Part shown: in pieces, positions 1 to 8,351 of the stretch
Layout: each line of letters begins with the position of its first letter
Numbering within the stretch: position 1 is the stretch's first letter
Assembly: GCA_034189315.1 (NCBI GenBank)
Contig: JAXHVC010000224.1
Coordinates: forward strand, 281 to 64,280
Source: Chloroflexota bacterium
GTDB taxonomy: Bacteria; Chloroflexota; Dehalococcoidia; UBA2247; JAXHVC01
DNA length: 64,000 bases
Direction: 5' to 3'
Notes under the pieces: generated by a model
What the model was told of the DNA's origin: nothing
Seen by the model: only the letters and a program-made list of their open reading frames with translations
The model's database searches: none
Translations under genes and position numbers: made by a program

Positions 1-185
1 ACTCCTCTCCCAAGAAACTGGGGGTTGCTTTTACTAATAATCCGTGTTCTTCACGAGTCCCATGCTCGCAATGGCAGTCGAGGTTTGCTCGATAAACAAT
101 GTGTTTCGGAGCTACGGTAATAATCATTATCTATAAGTTTCTTGACACGCAAAAGTGCACGGTCAAGGTAAAGTCCACAACGAGG

Positions 186-1361
186 CTATAACGGCTTTAT
201 TCTCCTCATTCGCTCACCAGCATCAAGAAGGGTTTCCACCTTCTTGGAAAAGGAAAACCGCATACAATGTTCCCCATATCCCGGTAGCGAATAGAAAACG
301 GAACCAGGAACAACAGCAACACGATACTCTCTGACCATCCATTCAGCAAAACTCCTTGAATCCCATTGAGCCTGAGGAATCTCCATTCGACTGTAATCGG
401 CCAGAATATAGTAGGCCCCTTCCGGTACTGTCATCGTAAATCCTAAGTCCTTAAGGATCTCAACCATAACATCCCTTCTCTGGTGATAGTCTGATAGTAT
501 TCCATCGTAATAGTCCTGAGGAAAACTAAGCGCCATCACAGCCGCTATCTGAAGAGGGGTAGGAGCACAAATAGTGAGGAAATCATGTACAGGCCGAATG
601 GCTCGCATCAATTGTGTGGGGGCAACCATATAACCCAAGCGCCAACCTGTGATTGCATAGGTTTTACTAAATCCCCCTATCGTTATGGTACGCTCCCTTA
701 ATTGTTCAAAACCACCCGGGGATAAATGGTGTCGTCCATCATAGAGAATACGATCATAAATCTCATCCGTTATGAGTACAATATCATGTTGCTGTGCTAG
801 ATTGGCCACGATATCTATTTCTTTGGCATCAAAGACACGACCAGTGGGATTATGTGGAGTGTTAAGTAATAAGGCACAGGTCCGAGGAGTAATACAAGCA
901 CTCAGGCGTTCGAAATCCAACCTATACTCTGGATGTTCCAGGGGAACTGCAACTGGTCTTGCTCCGGCAAGTATAATGGCAGGAATGAAATTCTCATGAC
1001 CAGGCTCAATCAGCAACACATCATCACCTGGATTAGATACGGCCAGCATAGCCACATTAATAGCTTCCGTGACACCACAAGTGACCGTGACATGTTCTGC
1101 CGGATCCACAGTCCAGCCTAGTAACGATGTATATCGTTCTGCTAATTTCTCACGCAGCGGTAGATATCCCCAAGTGAAAGAGTATTGGTTATTACCTTCT
1201 CTAATAGCATTGACAGCAGCCTCTTTCAAAGGCAGTGGCGTATCAAAATCTGGGTATCCCTGGCTTAGATTAATGGCATCATAATCCATAGCCAATCGAG
1301 TCATCTCTCGAATTACAGACTCCCTGAAATACGTAACACGTTGGGCTGTATGCATGGCCAA
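186..1361 (-). CDS. PLP-dependent class I/II aminotransferase (aspartate/methionine/kynurenine aminotransferase-like)
   Basis: 391-aa ORF. N-terminal FRESVIREMTRLA...INLSQGYPDF and a later GFSKTYAITGWRLGY (lysine-containing PLP segment) are typical of fold-type I aminotransferases. Confidence 0.8.
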   Translation of the reverse strand: MAMHTAQRVTYFRESVIREMTRLAMDYDAINLSQGYPDFDTPLPLKEAAVNAIREGNNQYSFTWGYLPLREKLAERYTSLLGWTVDPAEHVTVTCGVTEAINVAMLAVSNPGDDVLLIEPGHENFIPAIILAGARPVAVPLEHPEYRLDFERLSACITPRTCALLLNTPHNPTGRVFDAKEIDIVANLAQQHDIVLITDEIYDRILYDGRHHLSPGGFEQLRERTITIGGFSKTYAITGWRLGYMVAPTQLMRAIRPVHDFLTICAPTPLQIAAVMALSFPQDYYDGILSDYHQRRDVMVEILKDLGFTMTVPEGAYYILADYSRMEIPQAQWDSRSFAEWMVREYRVAVVPGSVFYSLPGYGEHCMRFSFSKKVETLLDAGERMRRIKPL

Positions 1362-1589
1362 TCCATCCTAATAGGGCTGCTGTGTAGATATTATAACATC
1401 GGAAGTAATGATTAATACATAAATCTAGAGGATTATTGAATCGTTATGTAAAATACTAATCGGTCACGGTCTCCAGATCGTCATGACGTCAGGTTTCAGA
1501 CTCTATAGTCGAACAAAATGGATGGACCAATAGTATCTGCACATCACAGGGGGTAAACAGTGTTATTGATAGAACAACACATTCTCACC

Positions 1590-2093
1590 CTAGAATTCAA
1601 CCTCCAACGGATCATCCGCGGTTGAGATCACCTTCCAAAGCAAATTAACATCCAAGCTGATTATTCTATTTAGTGAAGATTTTAAATATCTACCGCAACC
1701 TTCAACCGCAATGCTCCCGTCACTCAATAAGATTTCTCCTGTCCCCTCAAAGAATCTCTTAGAATCCTTTGTAATTCGGGCAACAGCTCGTATATCTTCA
1801 TCAAGCGGTATTGGTTTCCGAAATCTGGTGGTTAGTTTCACCGACACACCCCAAATGTCACCCTCATTTATGACACTGATAGCGCGTCCCATTGTTTCAT
1901 CGAGAATAGCTGCAGCTAAGCCACCATGGAGACGACCAGGGTATCCTTGATGCTCCTGCGCAGGATGAAATATGCCAAGTAACTCATCGTTGTCCAACTC
2001 GTAGAAAGACGCCCCCAGTCCAAATGGGTTTTCAATACCGCATACCATACACATTTCAGAGTTTGGCTGCTTTGCTCTAACATGATGATGCAA
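1590..2093 (-). CDS. PaaI/4HBT-family hotdog-fold thioesterase
   Basis: 167-aa ORF with the GRLHGGLAAAILDETMG motif (HGG...D) characteristic of PaaI-type acyl-CoA thioesterases. N-terminal CxxC. The true start may be internal. Confidence 0.65.
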   Translation of the reverse strand: MHHHVRAKQPNSEMCMVCGIENPFGLGASFYELDNDELLGIFHPAQEHQGYPGRLHGGLAAAILDETMGRAISVINEGDIWGVSVKLTTRFRKPIPLDEDIRAVARITKDSKRFFEGTGEILLSDGSIAVEGCGRYLKSSLNRIISLDVNLLWKVISTADDPLEVEF

Positions 2094-2448
2094 CGTTGCT
2101 CCTTATTCATGGGTGTAATAATCAACATAGAATCTGAATGGGCTAATAATACCCCCGTTTCAGCCTCTAAGAAAGACCATCCCTATACTAAGCATAATCG
2201 GAGGAATGCAACTCCGAATATAAAGAAGCAGGATCGATAAATAAAGATGGCCTCAAGGGTATCAATCGACATGTATATAGGTCACAACACTTGTAAACCA
2301 TCTCAGTAACGAGATTACAGAGCAACGTTCTGAATTTCCATGCCCTTGACCTTGAATTAATGGTTAAGTAAGGAAAATCTACCTTCCCTAGTGATGAAAT
2401 GTAATTACCTAATCTTCCATAGAGAAGATATGTCGGTGGCACAAGGGA

Positions 2449-3636
2449 CTAACCACAGGTCTTTCTTAGCTTTCCTCCAATTTGACCCTGCATAACCATA
2501 TAGAGGTATCTCATTGTCGAAACCGTTTTAGAAACCTGACCGTCCATATCCGCTGCTACTGTTCCAGGTCGGGGAGAGAATATATACACCTCGGCAAAAT
2601 CAAACCTAGTCTCATCCAACAACTTTATTGAATCATAGAAATCCCGCCTGGTTTCTGTTGGGAATCCAACCATCATTTGAGTACGTAGCAAAACATTAGG
2701 GGCCACTCCCCTTATAGTGGAAACACAATCCTTAAGATCCTCTGAAGTATGGTGACGCCCCATCAGCTTTAGTATTCTGTTGCTTCCAGATTGGGCAGGA
2801 ATCCCGAGGAAACGAATTTTGCCACCCGAGAATACCGGTGCAATCTCCTTGAGCATATTCTTGAGATAATAAGGATGTGTATTTCGAATCGAAATATCAA
2901 AGTCACCTTCTTCCTTAACCATTTCAGCTAATAGGTCTTTTAGGTTGTATCCCAGATCCATTCCTTGCACACCCAAATCAGTCCCCATGAGACTGAATTT
3001 CCCAAACCCCCTATTTAAACCCGATCTAAACTCTTTCATTATCTGTTCAATGGGCTTGCTACGCAGCTTACCCCTTGACAAGCAAATCGCGCAGTAGCTA
3101 CATCGGTCAAGACACCCTGTTGAAGTCTTGATATAGTAAATTGAGGAATCACCCTCCCTAGATAGATTAACCTTCATATCCAACTCACGATATGAGCGAG
3201 TAACTAAATCGGGCAAGAAGTACTTAATACTCTCCCATCTACTAGTTTTGCCTAGGTATCTGGCAATAATCTCATTACAGACAACATCACTTATTGGACG
3301 GTCGGCACCAATAATCTCACCAAGAGTGTTTAATTCTGCTTCGCCAAATGAGGGACCACTATAAACTGTAGCTAATGCTTGTGGATCGATTTTCGGTAAG
3401 CACCCCCACACCAGTAATTGTGAGTCGCTTTTCGCCTTTTCTTTCAGCTCAGAAATAATACTCAGCGAACGATTAGTTGATGCATTGAGAATCCCACATG
3501 CGTTAAACAAGATTAGATCAGCTTCAGTAGGATCTTGCACAATGTGCCAATCATTATATTCCAGATAATCACGAACCCGAGCTGTATCCATCTGATTCTC
3601 GGGACAGCCATTCGATGTAATATAGGCAGTTTTCAC
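2449..3636 (-). CDS. MiaB/RimO-family methylthiotransferase-like radical SAM protein (paralog of miaB at 25.6 kb)
   Basis: N-terminal MTTase domain with three conserved Cys (NGCPENQ, FNACGI, VWGCLP), then a radical SAM CxxxCxxC (GCLDRCSYCAI). No obvious C-terminal TRAM domain. GTG start with a GGGGGAGG Shine-Dalgarno. Confidence 0.7.
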   Translation of the reverse strand: MKTAYITSNGCPENQMDTARVRDYLEYNDWHIVQDPTEADLILFNACGILNASTNRSLSIISELKEKAKSDSQLLVWGCLPKIDPQALATVYSGPSFGEAELNTLGEIIGADRPISDVVCNEIIARYLGKTSRWESIKYFLPDLVTRSYRELDMKVNLSREGDSSIYYIKTSTGCLDRCSYCAICLSRGKLRSKPIEQIMKEFRSGLNRGFGKFSLMGTDLGVQGMDLGYNLKDLLAEMVKEEGDFDISIRNTHPYYLKNMLKEIAPVFSGGKIRFLGIPAQSGSNRILKLMGRHHTSEDLKDCVSTIRGVAPNVLLRTQMMVGFPTETRRDFYDSIKLLDETRFDFAEVYIFSPRPGTVAADMDGQVSKTVSTMRYLYMVMQGQIGGKLRKTCG

Positions 3637-3680
3637 AAGATGCCTCCCCCACTGGCTAAATCATGCTACTTGTAAATATT

Positions 3681-3838
3681 ATTAACGATTAGATCCTTAG
3701 CTCCGAAAGAGTTTATTCCGTAACAGACTTTTCTGAAACTCGATGAGTTTTATCGATCCTTGCATCATCCCCTTCACTCCCTGTGTAGTGCATTCCCTAC
3801 ATTCTATTGTGTCTCGGAGCTAAGGGCCTAATCGTTAT
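3681..3838. repeat. Imperfect inverted repeat: ~25-nt arms (3681-3706 and 3814-3838) around a ~107-nt spacer
   Basis: Arm 1 is attaacgattagatccttagctccga. The reverse complement of arm 2 is ataacgattaggcccttagctccga. About 22 of 25 positions match. It lies in the 5' leader of the minus-strand MTTase gene. Confidence 0.6.
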
Positions 3839-4435
3839 ATTATTTATTACTTCACGCACCTGTTTACTTATAGACATGACAAGTATAACTATCGTGATAT
3901 CATATAACCTTGCTAAGCCAAGGTTTAACCTTTGTAATTATTCCTCACAATAACGCCAGCTAACTAATTATCCCTGAGCACTTGAATGGTATACGATTAT
4001 GGAACCAGTGGCTTATCAACCAATATTGCTCCCAACCGGGTCTCTTCATAAGCATGTAGTCATTAAACACACTACATTCATCTTTTGAAGACATAACAGT
4101 ACACTATTCACTCAAATGAATTTATTACTAGACTTCACTTCAAACGTACACTCATCAATAACGCAAAGCTAGATTTAAAAGGGTATCGTGTGTAACTATG
4201 GCATGCAAGTCGGAATGTTAATGCAAACCACGTTGGAATAACCTCTTAATGCTAGCTGTTGTGCAAGAAAAAAGTAGCGGAAAGACAGAGTTTGCTGAAC
4301 TAAAGATAATAAAAAGCATAAGCCCTCGTTTATTAGGTAAGGGAACAATGAAACGGGAGCACTAATTGCTTAGTGCTCCCGTTTGTCCCGTCTCTATTAT
4401 ATCTAGTGCAGCTTTCCAGCCGCTAGACATATTTG

Positions 4436-5380
4436 TTACGAGCCAAAATCAAGCATCGCAGTCAAATCAAGTACATCATCACCCTGAGCTGCCTCAGGTA
4501 ATTCTACCGTAATCTCCTCATTCACATCGTATATAGTCATATCAAAGGACATCTCCCCAGTCTGACCTTCAGCCTCAATAGACATAGTCCCTTCCACTTT
4601 TACAAGCATACCTGTCTCAACAGCTAGATACACACTTGCTGAGAGGTCTCCCATATAAGAAGCCATCTCTTCTGCAAAGGCATCATACTTGTGATCAATA
4701 TCAGCACCATTATCTATTAAATCCGTCGGGAGAGTAACACCCATAGACTCGGAGTATTCCGTGAAATCCATATCACTATCGTCCATAAGTATCATCATTT
4801 TCTCTATGAATTGAGCCATATTCGGTACAACCGTCACCTTGTAGCACTCCACCCCCTTCACGATTTGTGTGCCCTCTATTGTTAAATCACATGTCGATTG
4901 TAGTACACCCAATATATCAATAAAGCTCTCATCCATAGCTAGAGAACTTGGATCTGGTATTTCCTGTCCTGTCTGGCCAGAAGCAAACTGATTGGCTGCA
5001 CCAATGAGGTCTACCCTTATCTTGATCCAAGATGTATCACCAGTATCTGTATTTGGAATACCCGCATACAGCACATTATCAACAACGTACATCTGCACCA
5101 ACTGTGATTCAGAAGACTCGGGAACCGACATTTCCATTACCATACTCATGTCCCCGCTCTCCGAATTCATAGCCATTTCCATACTCACAGAACCATCGTC
5201 ACTATCATCCCCAGAAGCACTGAATTCCATATTCATATCCATGCGATACGACTGCATTTCTTGAGGGTTGGTCTGGGCTTGTTCTATAAGATCATCAATG
5301 GCTGTTGATCCAGAGCCTCCGCAGCCACTGAGGGCCACTACTAGTATAAGAATACAAGCTATTGGCAAAAACCTTTTCAC
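4436..5380 (-). CDS. Secreted lipoprotein, acidic and Met-rich
   Basis: Signal peptide plus lipobox (LILVVALSGCGG). The N-terminal third is rich in MxM/MxxM motifs and Asp/Glu (MDMNMEF...SMEMAMNSESGDMSMVMEMS). Confidence 0.6.
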   Translation of the reverse strand: MKRFLPIACILILVVALSGCGGSGSTAIDDLIEQAQTNPQEMQSYRMDMNMEFSASGDDSDDGSVSMEMAMNSESGDMSMVMEMSVPESSESQLVQMYVVDNVLYAGIPNTDTGDTSWIKIRVDLIGAANQFASGQTGQEIPDPSSLAMDESFIDILGVLQSTCDLTIEGTQIVKGVECYKVTVVPNMAQFIEKMMILMDDSDMDFTEYSESMGVTLPTDLIDNGADIDHKYDAFAEEMASYMGDLSASVYLAVETGMLVKVEGTMSIEAEGQTGEMSFDMTIYDVNEEITVELPEAAQGDDVLDLTAMLDFGS

Positions 5381-5693
5381 GTACCTACCTCCTAATATAT
5401 TGATACCCGATCTGTCTTTGTGCAGAGTCTACTCCACTTGAGTAAATACGTTAGTTTACGAAGTCAATAACTATGTAAAAGCCAAATGAATTTAAAGTAA
5501 CAAATATCAGTCAAATTTAATCTTTACCATCTTCACTATAGCCTTGATCTTCCCCATAATAACTAATACTCCATAACAATCAGTCAGTTAGCCCATCAGG
5601 AATGTAGTGTAACCTTCAGTAGTCCGATGAATATCGAAATCCAGGAGACCTAGAGGCTGTATTCCATGTCAACGGACCCTATCGCAATGTTAT

Positions 5694-5806
5694 TGAGAGC
5701 ACGGGACCAGTGAGTAACACGGGTTATTAGTAAAAGAAACATCCCGTTTCTCAGGAGGATCGGAAGCGACGAGGCAATCTCTCCTCTGGAATGAGATTGC
5801 TTCACC
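5694..5806. repeat. Copy 1 of a duplicated ~120-nt element (partner at 8224-8351)
   Basis: About 65 nt at roughly 80% identity to 8224-8288 (gagcacg...gtgagNNacacggNttattagNaaaagaaacNtccNgtttctNaggag), plus a shared gattgcttcacc 37-52 nt downstream. It contains the agaaac/gtttct hairpin. Confidence 0.55.
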
Positions 5807-6654
5807 TTTGGTTCGCAAAGATGTGACAAACTCGGATTGTTCATCACATAATGTAGTCTAATGTGCAGGGGAAGTTCTGACCTTCCTGGGAAGGGCGAAT
5901 GAATACACCCATACTATCTTATGGGTAATTAAACTAGGTTAAGTGATGTTATAGGACACACGGAACTCATATATGTGATAGTTAGTAGATATTAATAACA
6001 ACCATTGACATACAACTAGCTATTATCACCCGATAACGGATTAGCAGAGATTACGATGATTTTTACGAGGAAGTCACGGACCTAATCATTCATTCCATCA
6101 AGAGAAAAGCCTGATACATTGTATTAACATATCAGTGCAGCAGAAAAATCAAGAAAACACGAAGATTAGGGGCTTGAGTACAGAGCTGGTATATGGTATA
6201 TTCAATCTAGTTACTAACCCACACATCCCCAGAATAAAGATTTAGCGGTTTAACTGGTTAGAAAATGGAATGTATTGAGTTCTTCAAATACACCTATACC
6301 TATAGTCAATAAGTAATGTTACTAAACCTGATATCTACTCGTACTTGAGGCACATGAATCCTGCGAGGTTAGAATTGCCATACCCTATGATTAGGAGGAA
6401 GGTGTTTTCAGTTTCTATCCAAAAACATGACATAGCAAGTAGCACCCCTAGGATCATTCTCCTATCAGCACTCGTACTTCTGACCTATACAAGTGGATGT
6501 GTATTATTCTAATAAGCATTAGATAGGGAAGACATATTACTTTATGACTAATCTGCACATTAAAAACCGAATGGCGTAGCTTTCTATATATCCTAAATAG
6601 TTATTGTTAACTGAGCTTGATATTGGTTTTGGGTTGCACTAAGGGGTCAGAATA

Positions 6655-7827
6655 TTGAGAATAGCCCTTATTTCTACTTATGGCGTTCGGTGTGGTATAG
6701 CAACCTACTCATCTCACTTGGTCAAACAGCTAAGCAAGAACCATGAAGTGACTGTATTTGCAGAAGACTATATAGACAACAAGCAACATGGTTTCCAGCC
6801 GGATGTGCAGGTGATCCGATGTTACAATAGGAAATCTCCATCCGATAGGTTGGTACGTTGTCTCCGAAGGAATCACTTCGATGTCATTCACATCCAGCAT
6901 GAGTATGGCATATTTCGCAATATGTATCTACAGCTATTGAATATCACCAATAACAACCTTGGAACGACATTCATGACCTCACATACTGTGAACGCCTTAG
7001 ACACTCAATTCACCCTTAGACGGTGTGCAGACCATATCATCGTACACAACGAGGCGAGTAAGCGACACCTGACTCAGGAGTGCGGATTACGCGGTGATAC
7101 TACACAAGTGATTCCTCATGGAACATTGTTACTCCCATCAATTTCTAAGGAAGTCTCAAGGCTAAGACTTGGGCTTCCTACCAAAGATAGAATCGTTCTC
7201 ACACATTCCTTTATTGAGAGACGAAAGAATCTGGATATAGTGATGAGCGCTGTAGCAGAATTACAGGGAGAGACGCCAACCCACTATGTCCACGCTGGAG
7301 GGCTTCATCCCTATGCAGACATTGAAGAATATGCGTATGCAGAGTCACTAAAAATGCAGCCTAAGGCGCTTGGAATTGAACCTGTAGTTCATATAATAGA
7401 TAGGTTTATACCTGATGATGAGTTAGCATACTACTTGTCAGCAGCGGATATTATTGTGGTCCTGGAGAAAACATCATATCCAGAGCTTCGTGCTTCAGGC
7501 ATCATGCATACTATCGTTCCAGGATCAGTGATAGTGGCGTCCAACATAACGGAGTTCGATGAATTTCCAGATGATACGGTTTATAAAGTAGGAATCAACA
7601 CAGAGGCACTGGCTCATGCAATGCAACAAGTTTTTACCGACCCCAAACTAAAACATATCCTGTCAAACAACCTTCTGCAATATGCCAAAGCTTCATCATG
7701 GGAAAACGTTGCTGAATATCATATAGCTGCCTATCAGAACTCACTAGATCTCAAAGTCAACAAGCACAACGAGAGACAATGTCCTCATCCAAATAGACAC
7801 AACAAGCAGCTGTCCTCAGACAGATGA
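6655..7827 (+). CDS. Glycosyltransferase family 4 (GT-B, group 1)
   Basis: 390-aa ORF. The N-terminus MRIALISTYGVRCGIATYSSHL is typical of GT4 enzymes, with a C-terminal retaining-GT-B-like region. Confidence 0.7.
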   Translation: MRIALISTYGVRCGIATYSSHLVKQLSKNHEVTVFAEDYIDNKQHGFQPDVQVIRCYNRKSPSDRLVRCLRRNHFDVIHIQHEYGIFRNMYLQLLNITNNNLGTTFMTSHTVNALDTQFTLRRCADHIIVHNEASKRHLTQECGLRGDTTQVIPHGTLLLPSISKEVSRLRLGLPTKDRIVLTHSFIERRKNLDIVMSAVAELQGETPTHYVHAGGLHPYADIEEYAYAESLKMQPKALGIEPVVHIIDRFIPDDELAYYLSAADIIVVLEKTSYPELRASGIMHTIVPGSVIVASNITEFDEFPDDTVYKVGINTEALAHAMQQVFTDPKLKHILSNNLLQYAKASSWENVAEYHIAAYQNSLDLKVNKHNERQCPHPNRHNKQLSSDR

Positions 7828-7851
7828 CTATTTCTTCAAACTAATGGGAAT

Positions 7852-7917
7852 GGCGTTCAGCCATGGGTGGTCAGCATTCGGTTTAGACTGAGTGCTGATA
7901 GCCGATGGCTGAACGCC
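7852..7917 (+). terminator. Long hairpin 24 nt downstream of the GT4 stop (13-bp outer stem ggcgttcagccat/atggctgaacgcc)
   Basis: A perfect 13-bp inverted repeat encloses a ~40-nt inner structured region. A terminator role is inferred only from its position after the GT4 stop; the tail after it (ttacttcc) is weakly T-rich. Confidence 0.4.
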
Positions 7918-8223
7918 TTACTTCCTACCTTTCGTACCTAAGTTATAGCATACTCAATTCCAATTATGTAATGATTAGTTTATTTACTAATGGTCTCATA
8001 ATTAAATGGACGCACTCTTTAGCTTTGAAATGAGTCATTTCAAGTATGCGAGATACCCACATAAAGCTAATTTGTTGGTTCAGATTATTATGAGACTATT
8101 AGTACTATATGCTACTGGTATAGTGTTCAAGACAAAGCCCCGAAATTACATCCCCCCGTCAGGAAATTAGTTCACGTTCACCATGCCCCCCAAGTGATCG
8201 TGATTTGAGACAATTCGTTCGTT

Positions 8224-8351
8224 GCGAGCACGAAATCCGTGAGGGACACGGTTTATTAGGAAAAGAAACCTCCAGTTTCTTAGGAGAGATTTCCCTACAA
8301 ATGTATTAAAAGAATGCCAGACTAAGGACTAGTCGGCATGATTGCTTCACC
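8224..8351. repeat. Copy 2 of the duplicated ~120-nt element, spanning the stop codon and 3'UTR of the GH130 fusion gene
   Basis: Homologous to 5694-5806. In minus orientation it forms the hairpin AGAAAC-UGGAG-GUUUCU followed by UUUUCC, a weak intrinsic-terminator-like structure just after the stop at 8322. Confidence 0.55.

Noticed and set aside
2188-2442. 84-aa minus-strand ORF between the thioesterase and rSAM genes
   Set aside because: No RBS and no recognisable motifs. It is AT-rich intergenic sequence. Probably non-coding.
5650-5847. 65-aa minus-strand ORF inside the duplicated element
   Set aside because: It lies entirely within the repeated, hairpin-containing non-coding element. 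It has no RBS, and it is out of frame with the remnant GEAI codons. Treated as a chance ORF or gene remnant.
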